From the NCBI GenBank assembly GCA_004553575.1, contig SFLA01000003.1, positions 1 to 62,595 of the forward strand: 62,595 nt of DNA. Direction: 5' to 3'. The notes beneath the pieces are model-generated. The model saw nothing but the letters and a program-made list of their open reading frames with translations. It was not told the origin of the DNA and did no database searches. The position numbers and the translations under genes are program-made. Numbering within the stretch: the stretch's first letter is position 1; each line of letters begins with the position of its first letter. Source of the DNA: Clostridiales bacterium. GTDB taxonomy: Bacteria > Bacillota > Clostridia > Oscillospirales > CAG-382. Below are positions 1 to 8,723 of the stretch, one piece after another.

Positions 1-3
1 AAA

Positions 4-429
4 ATGAAAAAGATTATTTCGCTTCTTGTTTTGCTTCCAATGTTTATTATCTTTTCAGCCTGTTCTGACAATCTCACTGAGAAAAATGACATTATTTCTC
101 TATACCGGCAGAACGAGGAAATCTTTTTGCTTGCAGCAGAAAACGGAGACTACAGTGCTATAGAGAGAATAAACGGCATTCAAAAAGTTCTTGTATGGGA
201 TTCATATGTTGATATTCAATGTGGTGGAGCGGGCTTTGGCCCCAGTACTCACTACTATGGAATTTTTTACTCCTCTGATGATGATTTGTGTGCAATCGAT
301 GTGGCGGGACCAAGAGATAAACTGGTTAAGCAAGGCGATGGCTGGTTATATCAAGAGGAAAATGGTGATAATCGCTATTATGTTGAGCCACTCGGAAACC
401 ACTTCTACTATTATGAAGGACATTTCTAA
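4..429 (+). CDS. small lipoprotein of unknown function (141 aa)
   Basis: Signal peptide with lipobox (LLPMFIIFSAC). Coding region is only about 30-40% GC versus about 58% for the rest of the window. A hairpin terminator follows. Confidence 0.6.
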   Translation: MKKIISLLVLLPMFIIFSACSDNLTEKNDIISLYRQNEEIFLLAAENGDYSAIERINGIQKVLVWDSYVDIQCGGAGFGPSTHYYGIFYSSDDDLCAIDVAGPRDKLVKQGDGWLYQEENGDNRYYVEPLGNHFYYYEGHF

Positions 430-522
430 CCGCTAAATTCCAGTTTGGCGAATAGTACGGTTACGCACCTAATCGCTTTTTACCTCCATTTACGCACCGT
501 TATACTGCTCTTTGGCACTAAA

Positions 523-551
523 CCCGGTTGTTTTTGCAGCCGGGATTTTTT
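523..551 (+). terminator. rho-independent terminator
   Basis: cccggttg/cagccggg stem followed by a T-run (attttttaat). Confidence 0.5.
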
Positions 552-625
552 AATAAGATGCGTTACAGTAGATAAGTAGACTGCGGTCACGGGCTTTCCG
601 CTATAAATAAAGTTTGCGTTTTTCG

Positions 626-654
626 TTGACATTCTGCTTTGTATATTGTAAAAT
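626..654 (+). promoter_or_regulatory. sigma-A type promoter upstream of GH27 gene
   Basis: TTGACA, 17 nt spacer, TAAAAT. About 170 nt of GC-rich leader lies before the ATG at 824. Confidence 0.45.
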
Positions 655-823
655 ACATATGTGTACACAAACTGCGGCGGCGGGAAGGATTTACCGTAAC
701 GGCAGCCGGGCGGACCGTATCTTCCGGAGCTTCGCCTGCCGAACCGTATTTTACTAAGACCGCCGGCAGCCGGAAGTATACCGCAGCCCCTATATACGAC
801 AATCGGACGGAAGGGTAAAAATT

Positions 824-1951
824 ATGGCACAGCTTGCAATCAAACCGCCTATGGGCTGGAACCACTGGAACACCTTCGGATGGAGCGTTACGGAGACCGA
901 TATTTACGAGTGCGTCGATTATCTTGCGGACAACGGATTCCGGGAGGCGGGGTACGAATTTGTCACTATCGACGATTGCTGGATGGCCGGCGAGCGCGGT
1001 CCTAACGGCGAACTGATGGCAGATCCGAAAACCTTCCCGCACGGAATGAAGGCGCTCGGCGATTATATCCATTCAAAGGGCTTCAAATTCGGCATATACG
1101 AGGACGGCGGGGTTCGCACCTGTGCCGGAAGACCCGGATCCTACGGCCACGAGCGCGAGGATGCGGCTCAGTTTGCGTCGTGGGGCGTGGATTTCCTTAA
1201 GTACGATTTCTGTTATGTCCCGGCCGGCGCGGACGGAAAACTGCTGTTCCGCCGTATGGGTCAGGCTCTGCGCGAGACGGGCAGGGACATCGTTTTTTCC
1301 GCCTGCTGGTCCGGCGGTGAGTGTCACGAGTGGGCAAGAACCGCGGGAGCTCATATGTGGAGGCTCTCCGGCGATATTTTCGATAACTGGAAATCCATAA
1401 GCGCTACCGGATATCATGCGCTTGACATGAGCCGGTACTCCGGCCCGATGGGCTGGAACGATCCGGATATGCTGGTTGCCGGACTGTTCGGAGAAGGATA
1501 TGTCGGCAGAATCGGCGGCGGCAGCACGCTTGAGGAATATACTACACATTTCGCGCTGTGGTGCATACTCTCCGCTCCGCTGTTCCTCGGGCACGATCTC
1601 CGCAAAACCACACCGGAGATAAAGGAACTGTTGCTGAACCCCGAAATGATAGCGATAAATCAGGACGACGCCTGCATTCCCGGCTGGGATCTGCCCTGCC
1701 TTGACGAATTCTGCCGCATCGCAGCCAAGCCGCTCGCAAACGGTGATATCGCGATATTGCTTGTAAACGGCGACGACTGTCCGAGATGGGTCGGGTATTC
1801 TTTCGAAAGCTGCGGATGGAGCCCCTCCGATAAAATATTCGCGCGCGACGTAATCAGGCGCGAGGATATCGGAGTTTTGGATTGCGGCGGGAGCTGTTAT
1901 GTTCCGTCTCACGGCTGCAAGCTCCTGCGCTGCACCAGAGTAAAATCATAA
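824..1951 (+). CDS. glycoside hydrolase family 27 alpha-galactosidase / alpha-N-acetylgalactosaminidase-like (375 aa)
   Basis: N-terminal PPMGWNHWNTFG, DDCW, LKYDFC and GDIFDNW motifs typical of GH27. RBS GGAAGGG. No signal peptide. Confidence 0.85.
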   Translation: MAQLAIKPPMGWNHWNTFGWSVTETDIYECVDYLADNGFREAGYEFVTIDDCWMAGERGPNGELMADPKTFPHGMKALGDYIHSKGFKFGIYEDGGVRTCAGRPGSYGHEREDAAQFASWGVDFLKYDFCYVPAGADGKLLFRRMGQALRETGRDIVFSACWSGGECHEWARTAGAHMWRLSGDIFDNWKSISATGYHALDMSRYSGPMGWNDPDMLVAGLFGEGYVGRIGGGSTLEEYTTHFALWCILSAPLFLGHDLRKTTPEIKELLLNPEMIAINQDDACIPGWDLPCLDEFCRIAAKPLANGDIAILLVNGDDCPRWVGYSFESCGWSPSDKIFARDVIRREDIGVLDCGGSCYVPSHGCKLLRCTRVKS

Positions 1952-1963
1952 AGGAGACCGCAA

Positions 1964-3199
1964 ATGAAAAGAGTTTTATGTTTGGCTTTAGCGTCACTGC
2001 TTCTTCTGTGCGCCTGCGCTCCCGGAGCAGACATATCGGGAGCCGATTCCGAAAACACTTATGACACCTCGGATCAGTACTCGGATTCGCCGGCAAGCAA
2101 TCCGGATACGAGCTCCGATGATTCGGATACGGTTTCAGGCGAGCCCGATACCGATGTGTCCGATGAAACGGAAGTAAGTAAAGACGAAGCCGAAACGAGT
2201 AAAAACGAAGACGAAATCAGTAAAGACGAAGACGAGACGAGTAAAGGGGAGAATACCGTGACAGAGCATCCGACCGTAAGCGGAACCTTTGTACAGCTCT
2301 GGGCGTTTACCGGATACAGCCAGGCAAAATGGGAGAGCCACTTTGACAAGCTGCTCGAGGTAGGCATAGATACCGTGATAATCCAGTGGACCGCATCCAC
2401 CCCTTACGGTAAGTTTGACGACTGCTATTATGACACCGCTCTTGCCGCCGGAAATTCGACTTCCGGGTATAAGAACTACTCGAAATGTATGGACCACATG
2501 TTTGCGGCGGCGTCGGCAAAAGGCGTAAAGCTGTTCGTGGGTCTTAATCTTTCCGACGAATGGTGGGACGTCAGCAAGCTCACGGACGATTGGGCGGCTT
2601 CTCAGGCATCCGTAGGTCTTGCCATGGCGCAGGAGCTGTACGACAAGTACTATAATAAGTATACCGATTCGTTTGCCGGATGGTACTGGGCCTGGGAGCT
2701 TTACAACCATATGGGCGGCTTTGCCGAAGCGGCGGGACGGTTCCTCAATCTGTATCTTAACGGGCTGACCGAGATCGATCCTTCGCTTCCGATGATGCTG
2801 TCTCCGTTCCTCAGCTCCAGCGCTTCGACAGCGGACACCGAGCGTGTCTGGAAAGAAGTGTTCGCAATTGCCGATTTCCGCGAAGGCGATATTTTCTGCA
2901 GTCAGGATTCAATAGGCGCCGGATTCATTACCATGGATGAGCTTGACGGTTATTTTGCGGCTATGAAGGCGGCGGTAGACACGGAGCCGGGTCTGGTGTT
3001 CTGGGCTAACAACGAGGACTTTACCACGGATTACGGTACTGCAAGCCTTGACAGATTCGTACGTCAGATGGAGATAACCGATAAATACGTTACCGGTCAC
3101 GTTACATTCGCGTATTCGCACTATTATCACCCGGACATGGGTAAGAAAAGCTATCACGAGCAGTATAAGCATTATTACGAGACCGGAGAGATCGGCTAA
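1964..3199 (+). CDS. lipoprotein with DUF4434-like TIM-barrel (putative glycoside hydrolase) domain (411 aa)
   Basis: Lipobox LLLLCAC and an acidic S/D/E linker. The segment GTFVQLW...W..HFDKLLEVGIDTVIIQW resembles DUF4434. It lies 12 nt after the GH27 stop, with RBS AAAGGAG. Confidence 0.7.
   Translation: MKRVLCLALASLLLLCACAPGADISGADSENTYDTSDQYSDSPASNPDTSSDDSDTVSGEPDTDVSDETEVSKDEAETSKNEDEISKDEDETSKGENTVTEHPTVSGTFVQLWAFTGYSQAKWESHFDKLLEVGIDTVIIQWTASTPYGKFDDCYYDTALAAGNSTSGYKNYSKCMDHMFAAASAKGVKLFVGLNLSDEWWDVSKLTDDWAASQASVGLAMAQELYDKYYNKYTDSFAGWYWAWELYNHMGGFAEAAGRFLNLYLNGLTEIDPSLPMMLSPFLSSSASTADTERVWKEVFAIADFREGDIFCSQDSIGAGFITMDELDGYFAAMKAAVDTEPGLVFWANNEDFTTDYGTASLDRFVRQMEITDKYVTGHVTFAYSHYYHPDMGKKSYHEQYKHYYETGEIG
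2177..2260 (+). repeat. in-frame 21-nt (7-aa) tandem repeat, about 4 copies
   Basis: SKDEAET / SKNEDEI / SKDEDET / SKGENTV encoded by consecutive 21-nt units in the linker of the 1964-3199 CDS. Confidence 0.6.
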
Positions 3200-3213
3200 G
3201 CAGAATATTAAGT

Positions 3214-3251
3214 CCTCCTTTCCGTTACGTTTTACGGAAGGGAGGGCTTTT
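3214..3251 (+). terminator. rho-independent terminator
   Basis: cctcctttccgt / acggaagggagg stem followed by gcttttc. Confidence 0.6.
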
Positions 3252-3329
3252 CATACCGCGACGGAGTGTGTTTTGTTTTCGGATATCTCCGGATAAAACA
3301 CGCAGTCCGGGAACGAGGTTAACATAATT

Positions 3330-4916
3330 ATGAATGACAATCGTATGACAATGCACGGTCGGCGTGAGGCGGGAGATCTGAACCGCAAAAACGCAGGCAG
3401 AAGTTTTGGACCGGTGGTTGCCGTGTTGCTGCTGCTTTTGCTTCCTCTTGCCGCCGCGTGCCGAGATGCCGGCGAAGCATCGTCGGTTTCCGAAGTATCC
3501 GTTGAAAAGGTGCAGTTCGCTACCGCGAGGGAGGCGAAGCGTGCGCTTCTCGATCTTGCGGATGCGGGAATAAGCGAATCGCTCGTAACGGACGAATGGT
3601 ACGAAGCATACCGTTCGCTCCGCCGCGAGATAAACGAGTTTATGGTATCTGCGGGAAACGATGAGGAATGTATTGAAAAGTGCGTTGCATATTACGGCAG
3701 AATGACCGATTTGCTCGAAAATATTGAGTATATCAGACCAGATGTTGCGCGGATATATATCAGCTGTGATTCGGAAATAAACAGCGAGGAATACGTTTCC
3801 GCCGAGATTTACGTTATCGATACCGCTGACGGAGGAAACGGGGACGTGCACGGCACCGTTAAGGTGCGGGTGCGGGGAAATTCCACCGCGGTCGCGGATA
3901 AAAAGCCATATAACATAAAGTTTGACGAAAAGATATCATTGCTCGGTATGTCCGAAGGAAAAAAATGGTGTCTGCTGGCGAACCATTTTGACAAAACGCT
4001 TATTCGCAACAAGCTCGCATACGATTTCGCCGCAGTGTGCGGTACCGAGTATCCTATCGAAAGCGAGTTTGTCGACGTTTACGTAAACGGCGTGCTTCAG
4101 GGCAGTTATCTGCTCACCGAGCCGGTTTCGGACGGTAAAAATCGGGTTGACATAACCACGGAGAACGGAGAATTCATCGTCGAGCGCCTTATGCTTTGGG
4201 AGGGCGGATATGATTTTATCACCTCGCCCGGAGGCTACGGATTTGCAGCCGACACCCCGGCGGCGGACGAGATGACCGATGCTCAGCGCGCCGCAATCAC
4301 CGAAGTGCTTAACGCGGTGGATTCCGCCGTCGCGTCGGGTGACGAGAGCCGTATACGGGACGCAATTGATGTCGATTCGTTCGTATCGATGTATGTCCTG
4401 CATGAGCTTCTTAAGGATTGCGACATTACCTACAATTCGTCGTACTTCTTTTATAAAAACGGCAGACTTTATGCCGGCCCGCTCTGGGACATGGATCTTT
4501 CGATGGGGAACGTATCGCACCTGTATTTCCAGGACAAGTATCACATATACAATAACGATCCGGGGTTCGGCGACGGCAGCGGCGACAGCGCGTCCGGCAT
4601 ATGGGCACAGCAGGATTGGTACAGGTCGCTGATGAAATGCGGTTTTTTCCGCGACGAAGCCATAGCTAAATATATGTCGCTGCTCGACGATATAGAGTAT
4701 CTGTATAAGGACGGCGGATATATAGATACGCTGGCGGAAAAGTACGAAGCGTCGTTTAAGCGGAATTACGGCTCCGCCGGCTGGAGCGTTTCCTTTCCTT
4801 ACAGCGAATACGAGCTTGAGTGTCCGGCAGGAGATTACGCAGGAAACCTGAAATGGCTTAAGGACTGGCTGTACCGGCGCGATATGTATCTGCGCGGATA
4901 CTTCGGAATAGAATGA
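3330..4916 (+). CDS. CotH family (atypical kinase fold) secreted/lipoprotein (528 aa)
   Basis: VRGNSTAVADKKPYNIKFDEKISLLGMSEGKKWCLLANHFDKTLIRNKLAY and PLWDMDLSMGN are typical CotH blocks. The N-terminal hydrophobic segment ends in LAAAC. The exact start is uncertain because there are several in-frame ATGs. Confidence 0.8.
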   Translation: MNDNRMTMHGRREAGDLNRKNAGRSFGPVVAVLLLLLLPLAAACRDAGEASSVSEVSVEKVQFATAREAKRALLDLADAGISESLVTDEWYEAYRSLRREINEFMVSAGNDEECIEKCVAYYGRMTDLLENIEYIRPDVARIYISCDSEINSEEYVSAEIYVIDTADGGNGDVHGTVKVRVRGNSTAVADKKPYNIKFDEKISLLGMSEGKKWCLLANHFDKTLIRNKLAYDFAAVCGTEYPIESEFVDVYVNGVLQGSYLLTEPVSDGKNRVDITTENGEFIVERLMLWEGGYDFITSPGGYGFAADTPAADEMTDAQRAAITEVLNAVDSAVASGDESRIRDAIDVDSFVSMYVLHELLKDCDITYNSSYFFYKNGRLYAGPLWDMDLSMGNVSHLYFQDKYHIYNNDPGFGDGSGDSASGIWAQQDWYRSLMKCGFFRDEAIAKYMSLLDDIEYLYKDGGYIDTLAEKYEASFKRNYGSAGWSVSFPYSEYELECPAGDYAGNLKWLKDWLYRRDMYLRGYFGIE

Positions 4917-4960
4917 CTGACAGTGCCGGCACATATTAGTATTCACGAACGGTATAAAAA

Positions 4961-5004
4961 AGCGTACCGCAACGGATTGTATCCGTGTACGGAACGCTTT
5001 TTTT
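4961..5004. terminator. bidirectional hairpin terminator between convergent genes
   Basis: A-run, nested stem (agcgtaccg...acggat/atccgt...cggaacgct), then a T-run. Confidence 0.5.
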
Positions 5005-5024
5005 GTTTACCTGTGCGGAGCTGT

Positions 5025-5291
5025 TTACCGGTCCCGGCTCTTAATAATCTTTCGTATACTGTCAACCGACAGATAGAACCTTCCGGCAATCACCTCGTGC
5101 GGAGTACCGCTTTCAGCCAGCGAACGTATCTGCGCGTTCCGCTCGGCGTATTTTGCGGCGCTCCCGTTTTTTTCGCCCCATCCGCATCTTGCGGTCGGCT
5201 TAGGCACATAGAGCATCCCGCCTCCGGCATATTTCTGCACCTCCCGGAGCAGATGCTCCGGAAGCAGCTCTCCGGCGTTTTTGTAGTGCAA
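5025..5291 (-). CDS. CD3324 / Mor-like small HTH protein (88 aa from TTG start)
   Basis: HYKNAGELLPEHLLREVQKYAGGGMLYVPK...WGE...RN.QI....G.....IA..F.LS...IRKI resembles the CD3324 family. A TTG at 5291 is preceded by GGAGGA. The longer 122-aa ORF in the track is probably an over-extension. Confidence 0.65.
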   Translation of the reverse strand: MHYKNAGELLPEHLLREVQKYAGGGMLYVPKPTARCGWGEKNGSAAKYAERNAQIRSLAESGTPHEVIAGRFYLSVDSIRKIIKSRDR

Positions 5292-5629
5292 TTCGTTCCT
5301 CCGGCATTTTCTCGGCACGCCCGGAAAGCCGGCAGGGCTGTGTGTCCCCGACGGCATGTCCGTGCTTTCTTTTCGGCCGCGCGTGAGCTGCACGCAGCGG
5401 CGGCAAGAAAAGGATTAATCCGGCGAAGCCGTCTCCGTTGAAGAGCGAATGGCTGGCTTTATGAGAAAGGTATCAAAAGCGTTGTCGCGTCAAAGGAGAC
5501 GGGCTATGCCGGTATCACCCTTTTGTAAGACATTTATCATCTCTCCTTTCACCCGGTAGTCGGCGGCTTTTTCGTCCGCTGCATCTGTATCATAGCGTAC
5601 GTTTTCGTTGATTTCAAGGGAAACGTCCG

Positions 5630-6562
5630 TTATAAACCGAAATCTCCGGATTCGATCATGTTTCTTGCGCGCTCGGCGTCGCTTTGTATCTGCGCGCGGA
5701 GCAGCTCAACGGATTCGAACCGAACCTCGGGGCGCATGAATTCAAGGAATTCCACCCTGACCTTTTCCCCGTACAGGTCACCTTCAAACCCGAAAATATG
5801 GGTTTCGGCGGCGCGGTATATCCCGCCGACCGTCGGCTTACAGCCTATGTCGGTCATTCCGAAGTACCTTTTGCCTCTCGCTATTACACGCGTAAGATAT
5901 ACGCCGTCCCTCGGTATAAGCATACCGGGACGGAACACCTGGTTAAGGGTGGGAAATCCTATTGTTCTTCCGATTTTTTTGCCGCTTATCACCACGGTGT
6001 ATATGGAAAACGGTCTCCCGAGCAGAGGCATCGCTCCGCGTACGTTTCCGTCGGTTATCATTTCGCGAAGCCGCGTCGAGCTGACCGGAAGCCCGTCGGC
6101 GCAAACCTGCGGTATCACGCTTACGGATATTCCCCTCTCGCGGCAAAGACTCCGCAGCAGCTTCGGGTCGCCCTTTCCGCCGTCGCCGAAGGAGTAGTTA
6201 TAGCCGCAGAATACGCGCTTCGCCTTCATACAGCCGCAAATCACGTCGTTCACGAACCGTTCGGGGGTAAGCGCCCTCACCTGCTCGGTGAACGGGGCGT
6301 TTATCAGTACGTCAACTCCGAGCTCACGCATAATCCGCTTTTTTTCGTCTGTATCGGTTATCACCGGGATCGAATGCTGCGAAAACGCGTTTCTCGGCGA
6401 TTCGCTGAATGTCCACACCGCAGCGACGAGCCCGTCTTTTCCGGCGGCGTCCACGGCGGAGCCGATAACCTTTTCGTGACCGATATGCAGTCCGTCGAAA
6501 AAGCCCAGTGCAACTGCGCTTTGCCGGCCGATATGTGTAAACGGATCGGTGTAGGTCCTCAT
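5630..6562 (-). CDS. ribF: bifunctional riboflavin kinase / FMN adenylyltransferase
   Basis: GFFDGLHIGH nucleotidyltransferase motif, with GFPTLN and a C-terminal riboflavin kinase domain; 310 aa. Confidence 0.9.
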   Translation of the reverse strand: MRTYTDPFTHIGRQSAVALGFFDGLHIGHEKVIGSAVDAAGKDGLVAAVWTFSESPRNAFSQHSIPVITDTDEKKRIMRELGVDVLINAPFTEQVRALTPERFVNDVICGCMKAKRVFCGYNYSFGDGGKGDPKLLRSLCRERGISVSVIPQVCADGLPVSSTRLREMITDGNVRGAMPLLGRPFSIYTVVISGKKIGRTIGFPTLNQVFRPGMLIPRDGVYLTRVIARGKRYFGMTDIGCKPTVGGIYRAAETHIFGFEGDLYGEKVRVEFLEFMRPEVRFESVELLRAQIQSDAERARNMIESGDFGL

Positions 6563-6666
6563 GCCGTCCTCCTGTAGGTATTCTTTTAACAGTATAGCAT
6601 TCCGGGAGCAAATGTCAACAAACTGAATAAAAATTGTAAAACAACCCGTGCCTTTGTCTCAATCGG

Positions 6667-6695
6667 TTGACAATTACACCGTTAGATGGTAATAT
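6667..6695 (+). promoter_or_regulatory. sigma-A type promoter of the FkbH-ACP-MBOAT-DHHW operon
   Basis: TTGACA, 17 nt spacer, TAATAT, located 43 nt upstream of the ATG at 6738 (RBS GGGGGTG). Confidence 0.5.
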
Positions 6696-6737
6696 TAGAA
6701 ATGTATTAAGCAGCATGCTACAGGGGGTGTTTAAAGC

Positions 6738-8468
6738 ATGGAACTGCCCGGCTTTGTCGAGCTTAAGCGCAATCTCAAAAAGGATATGTCGTCTTTTCCG
6801 GCAGTCACCGCGGCGGTCATAGGAGATTGTGCCACCCAGCATTTTTCCGCGGCACTTGCGGGATGGGGGTACACTGTCGGTATAAGGTACGATATCTTCG
6901 ATTCCGACTATGACCAGATCGACGCACAGACCATGGATCCGTCTTCGGAGCTGTATTCACACGCGCCGCAGAATGTTATTATCGTCAACTGCACACAGCG
7001 CCTGTATGAGGACTTCTGCGCTTTTCCGCCCGAGCGCCGCGCCGAATTTGCCGATACCAAGGCGGCGGCAATCGAATCCGTGTGGAAACGCATCTGCGAT
7101 TCGGTGCGAACCCGCATAATTCAGCTCGATTTCCCTGAGTGGGACGACCGGGTCTTCGGAGATTACGCCTCGCGCACACCGGAATCCTTTATATATCAGC
7201 TTCGCCGTCTTAACGGTTTGATTTCGGACCGCGCCAAGGAATATAAGAATCTTTTTATTTCCGATATCTGCGGTATCCAGAGCCGTATCGGCGAGCAGGC
7301 GCTGCGCGACGACAAGATGTACTGCGTCGGCAAGCTCCCGTTCCGTACGGACGCTCTTCCGCTTATCGCAAAGCATATCACCGATATAATACTTGCCGCG
7401 TCCGGCAGGTTCAAGAAGTGCGCAGTGCTCGATCTTGATAACACGCTTTGGGGCGGCGTTATCGGCGACGACGGAATGGACGGCATACAGATCGGAGAGC
7501 TCGGTACGGGACATGCCTTTACCGAATTCCAGCGCTGGCTGAAGGAGCTTAAAAACCGCGGCATCATTCTCTGCGTATGCTCCAAAAACAACGATTCCAC
7601 CGCGCGCGAGCCGTTTTTGAATCATCCCGATATGGTTCTGCGGCTGGAGGATATATCCGTATTTGTTGCGAACTGGCAGGACAAGGCGACAAATATACTT
7701 TCGATACGCGATACCCTTAATATCGGGCTTGACAGCATGGTATTTATCGACGATAATCCCTTTGAGCGGGAGGCGGTTCGGAGTCTTGTTCCGGGCATAA
7801 CCGTCCCGGACCTTCCCGAAAGCCCCGAGGACTATGTTTCCTTCCTGCGCGGAGAAGACCTGTTCGGTACGGCGTCCTTCTCTTCGGAGGACAGAGCGCG
7901 GACCGATCAGTACCGGGCAGAGGCGGAGCGAGTCGGGCTTAGGAGCCGCTGTGCCGATTACGGCGAATATCTGCGTTCGCTTGAGATGGTCGCCGAGGCA
8001 AAGCCTTTCGACAGCTTCAGCTTTCCGCGTATATCGCAGCTCACCCAGCGTTCCAACCAGTTTAATCTGCGGACGGTTCGCTATTCCGAGCAGGATATAG
8101 CCGACCTTGCCGCAGACCCGGGCTGTATAACCTTGTATTTCAAACTGCGCGACAGGTTCGGGGACCACGGGCTTATAAGCGTCGTCGTAATGAAGAAGCG
8201 CGGAAAAGAGCTTTTTGTAGATACCTGGCTTATGTCCTGCCGCGTGCTGAAACGCGGAATGGAGGAGTTCATAGTTAACAAAATGATTTCCGTCGCACGC
8301 GAGGCGGGATTCGGGCGCGTTATCGGCGAGTATGTGCCGACCGCCAAGAATTCCATGGTTGCGGATATATATCCGCGCCTCGGATTCACACCTGCGGGCG
8401 ATAATCTGTATTCCGCCGATACGGCGTCTTTTACACCTAACCAGACTTATATTACGGAGGAAAAATAA
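6738..8468 (+). CDS. HAD-IIIC / FkbH-like protein with C-terminal GNAT-like domain (576 aa)
   Basis: HAD motif I LDLDNTLWGG. CSKNN and FIDDNP motifs are present. The C-terminal domain carries the conserved WLMSCRVLKRGME block (Cys501). Confidence 0.8.
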   Translation: MELPGFVELKRNLKKDMSSFPAVTAAVIGDCATQHFSAALAGWGYTVGIRYDIFDSDYDQIDAQTMDPSSELYSHAPQNVIIVNCTQRLYEDFCAFPPERRAEFADTKAAAIESVWKRICDSVRTRIIQLDFPEWDDRVFGDYASRTPESFIYQLRRLNGLISDRAKEYKNLFISDICGIQSRIGEQALRDDKMYCVGKLPFRTDALPLIAKHITDIILAASGRFKKCAVLDLDNTLWGGVIGDDGMDGIQIGELGTGHAFTEFQRWLKELKNRGIILCVCSKNNDSTAREPFLNHPDMVLRLEDISVFVANWQDKATNILSIRDTLNIGLDSMVFIDDNPFEREAVRSLVPGITVPDLPESPEDYVSFLRGEDLFGTASFSSEDRARTDQYRAEAERVGLRSRCADYGEYLRSLEMVAEAKPFDSFSFPRISQLTQRSNQFNLRTVRYSEQDIADLAADPGCITLYFKLRDRFGDHGLISVVVMKKRGKELFVDTWLMSCRVLKRGMEEFIVNKMISVAREAGFGRVIGEYVPTAKNSMVADIYPRLGFTPAGDNLYSADTASFTPNQTYITEEK

Positions 8469-8471
8469 CCG

Positions 8472-8714
8472 ATGAACAGCGAGATAATGGAACGACTGAA
8501 CCGTGTTTTCAGAGACGTTTTCGATGACCGACGTCTTACCGTAACCGCCGCTACGACCGCAAACGATATAGAGGATTGGGATTCGCTTACCCATATCACT
8601 CTCATATCTGCCGTCGAAGACGAGTTCGGTATGAAATTCACCATGCGCGAAGTCGTGGGAATGAAGAATGTCGGTGAAATGGCTTCGATAGTCGAGTCCC
8701 GCCGCAGGAGGTAA
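8472..8714 (+). CDS. acyl carrier protein (80 aa)
   Basis: Phosphopantetheine-attachment motif DWDSLTHI (Ser38). Size and helical pattern fit an ACP/DltC-like carrier. It starts 3 nt after the upstream stop. Confidence 0.8.
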   Translation: MNSEIMERLNRVFRDVFDDRRLTVTAATTANDIEDWDSLTHITLISAVEDEFGMKFTMREVVGMKNVGEMASIVESRRRR

Positions 8715-8723
8715 ATCCGGGTC

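Noticed and set aside
4923-5441. 172-aa plus-strand ORF overlapping the CD3324-like gene
   Set aside because: It has no RBS and no recognisable motifs. It spans the terminator hairpin at 4961-5004. The minus-strand ORF has a family-like sequence.
5394-5629. 236-nt gap between the CD3324-like gene and ribF, whose minus-strand translation reads protein-like (TDVSLEINENVRYDTDAADEKAADYRVKGEMINVLQKGDTGIARLL)
   Set aside because: There is no start codon with an RBS. The frame is closed at under 60 codons and runs into the ribF stop. It could be a gene remnant, but I cannot support a call without a homology search.
6957-8594. 545-aa ORF antisense to the FkbH-like and ACP genes. Similar long antisense or alternative-frame ORFs occur at 13198-14748, 47757-49220, 3936-4946, 45822-46718, 59779-60747, 49545-50423, 32961-33833, 5684-6577 and 19736-20287.
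   Set aside because: These are typical shadow ORFs of a GC-rich genome. Their translations are Arg/Gly/Ala/Pro-biased low-complexity sequence with no motifs. The opposite-strand or other-frame ORFs have clear family signatures, RBSs and operon structure.
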